Below, piece by piece: positions 12,003 to 21,399 of a DNA stretch of 64,000 nt. A program made the position numbers and the translations under genes. The notes beneath the pieces were generated by a model. That model ran no database searches. It saw only the letters and a program-made list of their open reading frames with translations, and had not been told where the DNA came from. Source of the DNA: Pseudomonas aeruginosa PAO1 (GTDB lineage: Bacteria; Pseudomonadota; Gammaproteobacteria; Pseudomonadales; Pseudomonadaceae); the NCBI RefSeq assembly GCF_000006765.1, contig NC_002516.2; one strand, written 5' to 3'. The first letter of the stretch is position 1. The number at the start of each line of letters is the position of its first letter.

Positions 12003-12698
12003 ATGACCGATAACGACGACCGCATCAAGCTCGAGGCGAGCTGGAAGGAAGCGCTGCGCGAGGAATTCGACAAGCCCTACATGAAGCAACTGGGCGAGTT
12101 CCTGCGCCAGGAGAAAGCCGCCGGCAAGGTGATCTTCCCGCCCGGGCCGTTGATCTTCAACGCGCTGAACACCACGCCGCTGGAGAACGTCAAGGTGGTG
12201 ATCATCGGCCAGGATCCCTACCACGGACCAGGCCAGGCCCACGGCCTGTGCTTCTCGGTGCAGCCCGGCGTGCCGACGCCGCCGTCCTTGCAGAACATCT
12301 ACAAGGAACTCAACCGCGACCTGAACATCCCGATTCCCAACAACGGCTACCTGCAGCGCTGGGCGGAGCAGGGCGTGCTGTTGCTCAATACCTCCCTGAC
12401 CGTCGAGCAGGCCAAGGCCGGCTCCCACGCCAATGCCGGCTGGCAGCCGTTCACCGACCGCGTCATCGAGGTGGTCAACGAGCGTTGCGAGCGCCTGGTG
12501 TTCCTGCTCTGGGGCAGCCACGCGCAGAGCAAGCAGAAGCTGATCGACCCGCAGCGCCACCTGATTCTCAAGTCGGCGCACCCGTCGCCGTTGTCGGCCT
12601 ACCGCGGTTTCCTCGGCAACGGCCACTTCAGCCGCACCAACAAGTTCCTCGAGCAGAACGGCAAGACGCCTATCGACTGGTCGCTGCCGGACCTCTGA
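12003..12698 (+). CDS. ung: Uracil-DNA glycosylase
   Basis: GQDPYH, VLLLN, and HPSPLS motifs. Confidence 0.98.
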
Positions 12699-12760
12699 AG
12701 GCCGCTGTCGCCCAGCTCTTCACATGGTGGGCGCCGCTGTGTGCCTCTGACCGCGCCCGG

Positions 12761-12786
12761 AAAAAAAAGCCCGCACGAGGCGGGCT
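12761..12786 (-). terminator. Terminator of the tct/AbrB operon
   Basis: A8 tract followed by AGCCCGC-ACGAG-GCGGGCT; on the minus strand this is a stem followed by a U-tract. Confidence 0.75.
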
Positions 12787-12824
12787 GGAAAACGCCACAC
12801 ATCCAGTGTGGCGGCGTGGCTCGA

Positions 12825-13862
12825 TCAGCCGGCGCGCTTCCTCCAGTAGCGGAAGCACGGCTCGGCGAGGAACAGCACCAGCAATAGCCTCAGTACCTGC
12901 AAGGCGGTGACCAGCGGCACCGAGAGCTGCAAGGCTTCGGCGGTCAGGCTCAGCTCGGCGATGCCGCCGGGCATCATGCCGAGCATCAGCGACTGGTGGT
13001 CGAGGGTGGTCAGCCAGCCGAGCAACTCGGCGGCGAGCGCCGCGGCGAACATCATCCACAGCGTGCAGACCAGGGTACGACTGACGAAGGCTGGAGCGCT
13101 GCGGAAGAAACTGCGGTTGAAATGGCAACCCAGGGCGCTGCCGATCAGCCATTGGCCGACGCCGCTGGAACCGGCCGGCAGGCCGATATGCAGGTCGAAG
13201 CCGAGGCTGACGCCGGCCGCCAGCAACAGCGGGCCGAGCAGCCAGGGATTGGGTTGGCGCAACTTCTGCCAGCCCAGCGCGACCAGCGCCCCGGCCGGGA
13301 ACAGCAGGGCCAGCCAGTGCCAGTCCACCGGCGCGGCCTGGTGCGGGCCTGGCTGGCCGCCGCCGAGCAGGTACTGGAACGCCGCCGGCACCAGCAGCAC
13401 TACCAGCAACAGGCGCAGGCTCTGCGCTGCGGCGACGCGGCTGAGCACCGCGCCGTGGCGCTGCCCGAGGTTGACCATCTCGCTGGCACCACCGGGCATG
13501 CTGGCGAAGAACGCGGTGGCGCGGTCCTCGCCGCTGCGGCGCATGAAGGCGATCGCCAGCACGCTGGAAAGCGTGGTGGCCACGGCGCCGAAGACGATGA
13601 TCACGCTATGCGCCAGCACTTGCTCGATCACTGCCGGGGTGAAGTGCAGGCCGATGCCGATGCCGACGATCCATTGCCCGCACTTGCGTGCCCCCGGCAC
13701 TTCGGCCAGCGGCAGGTCGGCCAGGCAACGCACCAGCATCACCGCAAGCAGCGAGCCGATCATCCACGGCAGCGGCCAGCCGACCAGGCTTGCCAGCCAG
13801 CCGCCAAGGGCGCCCACCAGCGGCGTCGCCCAGTACAGCCTCCAGGTGACGCGCTCAGGCAT
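12825..13862 (-). CDS. AbrB-family multi-pass membrane protein, 345 aa
   Basis: Hydrophobic protein with two repeated halves (PLPWMIGS/PNPWLLGP and MPGGASEM/MPGGIAEL); start overlaps the tctA stop. Confidence 0.85.
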   Translation of the reverse strand: MPERVTWRLYWATPLVGALGGWLASLVGWPLPWMIGSLLAVMLVRCLADLPLAEVPGARKCGQWIVGIGIGLHFTPAVIEQVLAHSVIIVFGAVATTLSSVLAIAFMRRSGEDRATAFFASMPGGASEMVNLGQRHGAVLSRVAAAQSLRLLLVVLLVPAAFQYLLGGGQPGPHQAAPVDWHWLALLFPAGALVALGWQKLRQPNPWLLGPLLLAAGVSLGFDLHIGLPAGSSGVGQWLIGSALGCHFNRSFFRSAPAFVSRTLVCTLWMMFAAALAAELLGWLTTLDHQSLMLGMMPGGIAELSLTAEALQLSVPLVTALQVLRLLLVLFLAEPCFRYWRKRAG

Positions 13863-15372
13863 CGGCCAGCCCTGTCGCGCGACGGGCCACGCGGCGGCGC
13901 CAGGCGCGGACCAGCGGCAACAGCAGCATTACCACCACCAGCGCCCAGGTCACCAGGCTGATCGGGCTCGACCAGAGGATGCCCAGTTCACCGTTGGAGA
14001 TCGACAGCGCGCGGCGCAGGTTCTGCTCCATCAGTCCACCGAGGATGAAGCCCAGCAGCAGCGGCGAGAGCGGGAAGTCGAGCTTGCGCAGGATATAGCC
14101 GATCACGCCGATGCCGACCATCAGGAACAGGTCGAAGGTGGTCGCATGCACGCCGTACACGCCGATCCCGGTGATGATCGCGATGGCCGGCACCAGGGCC
14201 CAGTTCGGCACCGCGAGGATGCGGGTGAATACGCGGACCATCGGCACGTTGAGGATGATCAGCATGACGTTGGCGATGAACAGCGAGGCGATCAGGCCCC
14301 AGACGATGTCCGGTTGCTGCTGGAACAGCAGCGGGCCGGGAGTGATGTTGTACAGGGTCAGGGCGCCGATCATCACCGCAGTGGTACCCGAGCCGGGCAC
14401 GCCGAGGGTCAGCATCGGCACCATGGCGCCGCAGGCGGAGGCGCCGATGGCGGTCTCGGGAGCGGCCAGGCCGCGCATGTCGCCCTTGCCGAACTCGCCC
14501 TTGGCACCGGCCAGCTTCTTCTCGGTCATATAGGCCACCGCGCTTGCCAGGGTCGCGCCGGCGCCGGGCAGTACGCCCATGACGAAACCGAGCAGACCGC
14601 AGCGCAGGTTGACCAGGAGTACGCTGGCGGCCTCCTTGAAGTTGAACAGCATGCGTCCGGTGGCTTTCACCGCTTCCTGGCCGTGGTGGGTCTTCTCCAG
14701 CAGCAGGAGGATCTCGCTGACCGAGAACAGGCCCAGCACCAGGACCACGAACTGGATGCCGTCGGCGAGGTGGATGCTGTCCCCGGTGAAGCGGTACACG
14801 CCGCTGTTGGCGTCGATCCCGACGCTCGACAGGAACAGCCCGAGCAGCGCCGCCAGCAGGGTCTTCAGCGGGCGGTCGCCGGCCATCCCGCCGAGGCAGA
14901 CGATGGCGAACACCATCAGCACGAAATATTCCGCCGGACCGAAGGCGATCGCCCACTTGGCCAGCAGCGGGGCGAACAGGACCATCCCGCAGGTGGCGAT
15001 GAAAGCGCCAATGAACGAACTCCAGGCCGACAGCGACAGGGCCACGCCGGCCAGGCCCTTGCGTGCCATCGGGTAGCCGTCGAGGGTGGTCATCACGGTC
15101 GAGGCTTCGCCGGGGATGTTGAGCAGGATCGAGCTGATCCGCCCGCCGTATTCGCAGCCCAGGTATACGGCGGCGAGCAGGATCAGCGCGGTTTCCGGCG
15201 GCAGGCCGAGGGCGAAGGCCACCGGGATCAGCAGTGCCACGCCGTTGATCGGACCGAGGCCTGGCAGCAGGCCTACGATGGTGCCGATCAGGGTGCCGAT
15301 CAGCGCGGTGATCAGGTTGGTCGGCGTCATCGCGACGCCGAAGCCCTGGCCGAGGTAGTTCAAGGTTTCCAT
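13855..15372 (-). CDS. tctA: Tripartite tricarboxylate transporter large subunit TctA
   Basis: GLLPGLG, YGGRISSILLNIPG, PGAGATLAS, and LTLGVPGSGT motifs. Confidence 0.95.
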   Translation of the reverse strand: METLNYLGQGFGVAMTPTNLITALIGTLIGTIVGLLPGLGPINGVALLIPVAFALGLPPETALILLAAVYLGCEYGGRISSILLNIPGEASTVMTTLDGYPMARKGLAGVALSLSAWSSFIGAFIATCGMVLFAPLLAKWAIAFGPAEYFVLMVFAIVCLGGMAGDRPLKTLLAALLGLFLSSVGIDANSGVYRFTGDSIHLADGIQFVVLVLGLFSVSEILLLLEKTHHGQEAVKATGRMLFNFKEAASVLLVNLRCGLLGFVMGVLPGAGATLASAVAYMTEKKLAGAKGEFGKGDMRGLAAPETAIGASACGAMVPMLTLGVPGSGTTAVMIGALTLYNITPGPLLFQQQPDIVWGLIASLFIANVMLIILNVPMVRVFTRILAVPNWALVPAIAIITGIGVYGVHATTFDLFLMVGIGVIGYILRKLDFPLSPLLLGFILGGLMEQNLRRALSISNGELGILWSSPISLVTWALVVVMLLLPLVRAWRRRVARRATGLADA

Positions 15373-15382
15373 CACGAAGTCC

Positions 15383-15853
15383 TCACAGCGGCAGGAAGTC
15401 GAGAACGCCCAGCGGCAGCGGGACGTCCAGGGCGCGGTCGAACAGCCAGTAGAGGCCGATCCCGAGCAGGCTCGCGGTGACCACCGCAGGGATTGGCCGG
15501 GCGCCGTAGAGAATGGCCATGCAGGAGCCGACCAGGGCGGCGCTGAGGATGAAGCCGAGCGTTTCGAACAGGCCGGCGAACACCAGCAGCAGGGCGATGC
15601 AGGCGAGCACCTTGAGCAGCACGGCGCCGCCCAGCGGTTGTTCGTCCTCGGCGTGGCGGATCGGCGTCGGCCGCGCGATCAGCCACGCCAGGCCGGCGCC
15701 CATCAGCGCCAGGCAGAGCAGCGGGTAGGCGCGCGGGCCGACCGGTTCGTAGGAAAACGGCGCCTGGTAACGCCAGCCGGCGACCGCCAGGCCGACGCAG
15801 GTGAGCAGCCAGAGCCCGGCGAACAGGCGCTGGTACAGGTTGGAACGGGTCAT
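15383..15853 (-). CDS. tctB: TTT small membrane subunit TctB
   Basis: Four TM segments, VGPRAYP motif, and position in the operon. Confidence 0.92.
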   Translation of the reverse strand: MTRSNLYQRLFAGLWLLTCVGLAVAGWRYQAPFSYEPVGPRAYPLLCLALMGAGLAWLIARPTPIRHAEDEQPLGGAVLLKVLACIALLLVFAGLFETLGFILSAALVGSCMAILYGARPIPAVVTASLLGIGLYWLFDRALDVPLPLGVLDFLPL

Positions 15854-15901
15854 GGGACGATCCTCGTGGCGCGGCCGGGGTCCGGCCGCGCGCGGGCTGG
15901 C

Positions 15902-16885
15902 TTACTGGATCAGGCCGAAGTCCTTGGCCAGTTGCTTGTACTGCTGGACCTGCTGCTTCACGTAGCCGTCGAGTTCCTCGCCGGTCATGGCGAAGGGGAA
16001 CAGCTCGCGCTGGTCGCGCAGCTTGGCGAAGTCCTCGGAGGCCAGCAGTTGGTCGAAGGCGTTCTTCCACCAGGCGTAGTCTTCGTCGCTGACCTTCGGC
16101 CCGAGGTAGAACCCGCGAACCACCGGCCAGACGATGTCGTAGCCCTGTTCCTTGGCGGTGGGGATGTTGGCCATCGCCGCCTCTGGCAGGCGTTCTTCGG
16201 AGAACACCGCGAGCAGGCGCATGTCGCCGCTGAGGATGTGCGGCATGGAGTCGGAAATGTCGGTGCTGCCGACCTGGATGTGCCCGCCGAGCAGCGCGGT
16301 GGCGATCTCGCCGCCGCCTTCCAGGGCCACGTAGCGCAGGTCGCGCGGATTGATCCCGGCGGCCTTGGCGATCAGCGCGGTCTGCATCCAGTCCTGGCTG
16401 CCGACGGTGCCGCCGGAGCCGATCACCACCTTGCTCGGGTCGGCCTTGAGCGCCTTCACCAGGTCGTCGAGGTTCTTGTAGGGCGAGTCGGTGCGCACTG
16501 CGATGGCGCCGTAGCTGGTGCCGATGGCGGCCAGCCATTTCACCGCGTTCTCGTCGAAGCGGCCGAACTTGCCCTGGGCCAGGTTCAGCAGCGAGCCGCT
16601 GGAGAAGGCGGTGATGGTGCCGGCGTCGCCCGGGCGTTGGGCGACCACCGCGTTATAGGCGACCGCGCCGACGCCGCCGGGCATGTAGGTGACGCGCATC
16701 GGCTTGCTCAGCAGCTTGGCCTCGACCAGGGCGCTCTGGGCCAGCTTGCAGGTGAGGTCGAAACCGCCGCCGGGTGACGCCGGGGCGATGCATTCGGGAC
16801 GCTTGGGTTCGGCCACGGCGGCGCCGGCCAGCAGCAGGCCGGCGGCAACCAAGGCGAGGGGACGAAAAGACAGTTTCATCATCAT
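15902..16885 (-). CDS. tctC: TTT periplasmic binding protein TctC (Bug family)
   Basis: Signal peptide; PASPGGGFD and PGGVGAV motifs. Confidence 0.95.
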   Translation of the reverse strand: MMMKLSFRPLALVAAGLLLAGAAVAEPKRPECIAPASPGGGFDLTCKLAQSALVEAKLLSKPMRVTYMPGGVGAVAYNAVVAQRPGDAGTITAFSSGSLLNLAQGKFGRFDENAVKWLAAIGTSYGAIAVRTDSPYKNLDDLVKALKADPSKVVIGSGGTVGSQDWMQTALIAKAAGINPRDLRYVALEGGGEIATALLGGHIQVGSTDISDSMPHILSGDMRLLAVFSEERLPEAAMANIPTAKEQGYDIVWPVVRGFYLGPKVSDEDYAWWKNAFDQLLASEDFAKLRDQRELFPFAMTGEELDGYVKQQVQQYKQLAKDFGLIQ

Positions 16886-16901
16886 CGGTGCTCCTGTGGA
16901 G

Positions 16902-16909
16902 TTCTTGTT
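16902..16909 (-). promoter_or_regulatory. AAnAAnAA Hfq/Crc motif upstream of tctC
   Basis: AACAAGAA on the minus strand, 16 nt before the start. Confidence 0.45.
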
Positions 16910-16914
16910 CTGGC

Positions 16915-18198
16915 TTACCAGATCGGCAGGGTATAGCTGACGATCAGGCGGTTCTCATCGATGTCGCGGGTGAAATTGGAACGGAAGGTCGCGTTGCGCC
17001 AGCGGATTCCGAGGTTCTTCAGCGCGCCGCTCTGGAACACGTACTGCAGTTCGGTGTTGCGTTCCCATTCGCGGCCTTCGCCGCTCTGCCCGGCGAGTTC
17101 GACATTGTCGCCCTTGACGTAGCGGGTCATGAAGGTCAGGCCGGGAATGCCGAGGCCGACGAAGTCGTAGTCGTAGCGCAGTTGCCAGGAACGCTCCTTG
17201 GGGCCGGCGAAGTCGTTGACCTGGACGAAGTTGACCAGGTACGGGTTGCTGCCTTCCAGGTAGGGAAAGGCGTCGTCGCCGTTCATTCGCTGCCAGGCCG
17301 CGCCGAAGGCATGGTTGCCAAGGCTGTAGGTGAACATGCCGTTGAGCGACTTGTTGTCGATGCCGCCGGCCTTGGCCGAGCCGCTGTCGGTGCTGCGGGC
17401 GAAGCGCAGGTCGCTGGTCAGTTCGCCGGGACCGATCGGCCAGCTGTGCAGCAGGCCGACGAAGTGCTGGCGGTAGACGTCCTGCAGGTTGCTGTAGTGA
17501 TAGCTGGCGGTGAGTTGGTCGGTGAGCTTGTAGTCCAGTCCGCCGAGGTCGAAGTGATCGGCGCTGACCCCGGCGAAGCGGCCGTTCTTGTCGTTCAGCG
17601 CGAGGTCCTCGGAGTCGCTGGAGTCGCGGATCTTGGTCTTTTCCAGGCGCCCGGCGGTGAAGCCGAGGTCCTTGATCTCCTTCGAGGTGAGCAGCGCGCC
17701 TTCGAATATCTGCGGGAAGATCCGCCCGTTGTTCGGTTGTACCGATGGCAGCTTCGGAATCAGCGTGCCGACCTTCAGCTCGCTCTGCGAGACCTTGACC
17801 TTGGCGGTCAGGCCCAGTTTCGAGTAGGTGTCCGGCGCGCGGCCGTCGGAATCCTTCGGCAGCAGTCCGGTACCGCTGCGGCCGCGGCCGGAGTCGAGCT
17901 TGACGCCGAGCATGCCCATGGCGTCGAGGCCGAAGCCGACGGTGCCCTGGGTGTAGCCGGACTGCAGGTTGAGGATGAAGCCTTGCGCCCACTCCTCGCG
18001 CTTGGACTGGCCGGGGCCGTCGCGGAAGTCGCGGTTCATGTAGAAGTTGCGGGTTTCCAGGCTGGCCTTGCTGTCTTCGAGGAAGCCGGCGGCGTTGCCC
18101 AGGGGCGCGATGCCGGCGAGCACGACGGCGGTGGTGGTCAGGGTGGTGCTGCGGGACGAACGTACAGACCTTGCGGCCTGCGGCAGGGAAGTCGACAT
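16915..18198 (-). CDS. opdH: OprD-family porin OpdH (cis-aconitate/tricarboxylate), 427 aa
   Basis: LETRNFYMNRDF, SGYTQG, and C-terminal ENRLIVSYTLPIW. Confidence 0.95.
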   Translation of the reverse strand: MSTSLPQAARSVRSSRSTTLTTTAVVLAGIAPLGNAAGFLEDSKASLETRNFYMNRDFRDGPGQSKREEWAQGFILNLQSGYTQGTVGFGLDAMGMLGVKLDSGRGRSGTGLLPKDSDGRAPDTYSKLGLTAKVKVSQSELKVGTLIPKLPSVQPNNGRIFPQIFEGALLTSKEIKDLGFTAGRLEKTKIRDSSDSEDLALNDKNGRFAGVSADHFDLGGLDYKLTDQLTASYHYSNLQDVYRQHFVGLLHSWPIGPGELTSDLRFARSTDSGSAKAGGIDNKSLNGMFTYSLGNHAFGAAWQRMNGDDAFPYLEGSNPYLVNFVQVNDFAGPKERSWQLRYDYDFVGLGIPGLTFMTRYVKGDNVELAGQSGEGREWERNTELQYVFQSGALKNLGIRWRNATFRSNFTRDIDENRLIVSYTLPIW

Positions 18199-18212
18199 GC
18201 AGTGGTCTCCGA

Positions 18213-18223
18213 TTCTTGTTCTT
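18213..18223 (-). promoter_or_regulatory. AAnAAnAA Hfq/Crc motif upstream of opdH
   Basis: AAGAACAAGAA, 14 nt before the ATG. Confidence 0.5.
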
Positions 18224-18283
18224 GTACGCCGAGCACCACGCTGCAGGGCGTTTTGGCGGACGATCTGCGCCGTCCATCGACTG

Positions 18284-18315
18284 ATCCTAAGACGCCAAGC
18301 TTTCGCCAGGCTTTC
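18284..18315 (-). promoter_or_regulatory. opdH promoter -10 (TAGGAT) with OmpR-type direct repeat (putative TctD box)
   Basis: AAGCTTTC (18297) and AGGCTTTC (18308) have an 11-bp period and cover the predicted -35. Confidence 0.55.
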
Positions 18316-18408
18316 AGCAATCCCCGGTGGCAGAGAAGCCATTTACCGGAGGGTTTTCCCCGGTACACTTCGCCTCTTGTGCCCTCATCCGGTGGTGGAG
18401 AACCGTCC

Positions 18409-19080
18409 ATGCGCATCCTTCTGGTGGAAGATCATCCGCAGCTCGCCGAAAGCGTGGTCCAGGCGCTCAAGGGCGCCGGCTGGACGGTAGACCTGCTGCA
18501 GGACGGGGTGGCCGCCGACCTGGCCCTGGCCAGCGAGGAGTACGCCCTGGCGATCCTCGACGTCGGCCTGCCGCGGATGGACGGCTTCGAGGTGCTGGCG
18601 CGCCTGCGCGGGCGCGGCAAGACCCTGCCGGTGCTGATGCTGACTGCGCGCGGCGAGGTGAAGGACCGGGTGCACGGCCTCAATCTCGGCGCCGACGACT
18701 ACCTGGCAAAGCCTTTCGAACTGTCCGAGCTGGAGGCGCGGGTCAAGGCCCTGCTGCGCCGCAGCGTGCTCGGTGGCGAACAGTTGCAGCGCTGCGGCGC
18801 CCTGGTCTACGACCTCGGCACCCGGCGCTTCAGCCTCGACGAGCAGCCGCTGACCCTGACCTCGCGGGAACAGGCGGTGCTGGAAGCGATGATCGCCCGT
18901 CCGGGGCGGGTGATGAGCAAGGAGCAACTGGCCGCCCAGGTCTTCGGCCTGGACGAGGAGGCCAGCGCCGACGCCATCGAGATCTACGTCCACCGCCTGC
19001 GCAAGAAGCTGGAAGGCGGCGCCGTGCGCATCGTCACCTTCCGCGGCCTCGGCTACCTGCTGGAGGCGCAGGGTGACTGA
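18409..19080 (+). CDS. tctD: OmpR-family response regulator TctD, 223 aa
   Basis: MRILLVEDH, phosphoacceptor ILDVGLP, GADDYLAKPF, and winged helix. Confidence 0.95.
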   Translation: MRILLVEDHPQLAESVVQALKGAGWTVDLLQDGVAADLALASEEYALAILDVGLPRMDGFEVLARLRGRGKTLPVLMLTARGEVKDRVHGLNLGADDYLAKPFELSELEARVKALLRRSVLGGEQLQRCGALVYDLGTRRFSLDEQPLTLTSREQAVLEAMIARPGRVMSKEQLAAQVFGLDEEASADAIEIYVHRLRKKLEGGAVRIVTFRGLGYLLEAQGD

Positions 19081-20455
19081 TGCCGGCAGCCTGCGCGGAA
19101 GGCTGCTGCTGTGGCTGGCCCTGCTCCTGCTGCTGGTGCTCCTGGCGAGCGGCCTGAGCGCCTACTGGAACGGTCGCGAGGTGGCCGACACCGCCTACGA
19201 CCGGACCTTGCTGGCCTCGGCGCGGGCGATCGCCGACGGGCTCTACGAGAAGGACGGCACCCTGCGCGCCGACGTCCCCTACGTGGCACTGGATACCTTC
19301 GCCTACGACAGCGCCGGGCGGATCTTCTACCAGGTCAACGACATCCACGGACGGATGATCTCCGGCTACGAGAATCTTCCGGCGGCACCCGCCGATACCC
19401 TGCGCACCGACGACTACCCGGCCCTGGCCAAGTTCTACGACGGCGTCTACCAGGGCGTCGACGTACGCGTGGTGAGCCTGCTGCAACCGGTCAGCGAACC
19501 GAGCATGAGCGGCATGGCGGAGATCCGCGTGGCGGAGACCGAAGGCGCCCGCGAGCGCATGGCGCGCAGCCTGATGACCGATACCCTGCTGCGCCTGGGC
19601 GTCCTCGGCGTCGGCGCGCTGGTGCTGGTGTGGCTGGCGGTGAGCGCCGCGCTGCGTCCGCTGGATCGCCTGCGTCGCGAGGTGGAAGAGCGCCAGCCGG
19701 ACGACCTGCGGCCGTTGCCGATGCTAGAGGTCCAGCATGAATTGCGGCCGCTGGTGGAGTCGCTGAACCACTTCACCCAGCGCCTGCGCAGCCTGTTCGA
19801 GCGGCAGTCGCACTTCATCGCCGATGCCGCCCACGAGTTGCGCACGCCGCTGGCGGCGCTCAAGGCGCGCCTGGAACTGGGCCTGCGCGAGCAGGAGCCG
19901 GAAGCCTGGCGTTCGACCCTGGAGACCACGGCGAAGAACACCGACCGCCTGATCCACCTGGCCAACCAGCTGCTCTCCCTGGCGCGCATCGAAAGCGGCG
20001 CCCAGGCCATCGCCGAGGGCGGCGCCGAGCGTATCGACCTGACCGCCCTGGCCCGGGAACTGGGCCTGGCGCTGGCGCCGCTGGCCTATGCGCGGGGAGC
20101 CTCGCTGGCGCTGGAAAGCGCCGGGCCGGTGTGGATCCAGGGTGAACCGACGCTGCTCAACGAATTGCTCAGCAACCTGCTGGACAACGCGCTGGCGCAC
20201 ACCCCGCAGGGCGGCAACGTGATCCTCAGGGTGCTGGAGGGAGGCGTGCTGGAAGTGGAAGACGATGGTCCGGGAATTCCCGCCGCCGACCGCGAGCGGG
20301 TCTTCCAGCGCTTCTACCGGCGCGGCGACAGCCCCGGCAGCGGCCTGGGGCTGGCGATCGTCGGCGAGGTCTGCCGGGCGCACCGGGCGCAGATCCAGCT
20401 CGACCAGGGCGAACTGGGCGGCTTGCTGGTGCGGGTGCGCTTCCCGGTGGAGTAG
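19073..20455 (+). CDS. tctE: Sensor histidine kinase TctE
   Basis: Two TMs, H-box AHELRTPL, N-box NLLDNA, and G-boxes DDGPG and GSGLGL. Confidence 0.95.
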   Translation: MTDAGSLRGRLLLWLALLLLLVLLASGLSAYWNGREVADTAYDRTLLASARAIADGLYEKDGTLRADVPYVALDTFAYDSAGRIFYQVNDIHGRMISGYENLPAAPADTLRTDDYPALAKFYDGVYQGVDVRVVSLLQPVSEPSMSGMAEIRVAETEGARERMARSLMTDTLLRLGVLGVGALVLVWLAVSAALRPLDRLRREVEERQPDDLRPLPMLEVQHELRPLVESLNHFTQRLRSLFERQSHFIADAAHELRTPLAALKARLELGLREQEPEAWRSTLETTAKNTDRLIHLANQLLSLARIESGAQAIAEGGAERIDLTALARELGLALAPLAYARGASLALESAGPVWIQGEPTLLNELLSNLLDNALAHTPQGGNVILRVLEGGVLEVEDDGPGIPAADRERVFQRFYRRGDSPGSGLGLAIVGEVCRAHRAQIQLDQGELGGLLVRVRFPVE

Positions 20456-20462
20456 GGCGGGC

Positions 20463-21299
20463 CTATTGCAGCATGCTGGTGGCGGCTTCCAGGGCGCTGG
20501 AGAGGTCCTCGTCTTCCTTCATGTCGACGGTCGGCTCGAGGCCGAGCTTGGCGAACGCCGGGATCTGGCTCCAGTCCAGGCGGGTATAGGGATGCTCGCT
20601 GCCAAGGTAGCTCTGCAGGGTGGCGACCTGGACCAGGTCGGTATAGTCCGCGCGCGGCGAGTTGCGGGCGAAGTCCAGGTGCTGGCGCGGGACCTCGGCG
20701 ATCGGCGCGGGGAAATCCCAGGCCTTGAGAATGCGCTCGCCGATCAGCGGATGGATGCGCTCGATCACATGGCTCAGGCTGATGGAGTCCGACAGCAGCT
20801 CGTTGTGATCCTCGGCGTAGGTGAGGATCGGCAGCACGCCGATCTGGTGCACCAGTCCGGCCAGGGTCGCCTGGTCCGGCGCCAGGCGGGTGTAGTGACG
20901 GGCCAGCACGTGGCAGATGCCGGCGATCTCGGTGCTCTTGTTCCAGACTTCGCGCATCTTGCGATCGACCACGTCGGTGGTGGCCTGGAACATCTGCTCC
21001 ATGGCCAGGCCGGTGGCCAGGTTGCAGGTGTAGTTGATGCCCAGCCGGCTGATCGCCATCTGCAGGTCGGTGATTTCCTTCGGGCTGCGCAGCAGCGGAC
21101 TGTTCACCACGCGGATGATGCGCGCGGTCAGCGCCGCGTCGTTGCCGATCACCTTGCTCAGGGCCTGGATGCTGACATCCGGGTCTTCCGCCGCCTCACG
21201 GACCTGCAGGGCCACCTCGGGCAGGGTCGGCAGCACCAGTTCATCCTGATCGATGGCGCGGATCAGGTCCTGTTGGACTTTGTCGGCAAGCTTGCTCAT
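20463..21299 (-). CDS. Stand-alone HDOD-domain protein, 278 aa
   Basis: LPTLPEVA, NDAALTARIIRVVNSP, LAGLVHQIG, and W-x-F-P motifs. Confidence 0.88.
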   Translation of the reverse strand: MSKLADKVQQDLIRAIDQDELVLPTLPEVALQVREAAEDPDVSIQALSKVIGNDAALTARIIRVVNSPLLRSPKEITDLQMAISRLGINYTCNLATGLAMEQMFQATTDVVDRKMREVWNKSTEIAGICHVLARHYTRLAPDQATLAGLVHQIGVLPILTYAEDHNELLSDSISLSHVIERIHPLIGERILKAWDFPAPIAEVPRQHLDFARNSPRADYTDLVQVATLQSYLGSEHPYTRLDWSQIPAFAKLGLEPTVDMKEDEDLSSALEAATSMLQ

Positions 21300-21399
21300 G
21301 GCATTTCCTTTGAAAACGCAATGGCCGGAGCACGCTCTACGTGCACCGGCCATGGGAATACTGGCGGGCCGTCCGCGGACGGCGAGGCACAGTTTACGG

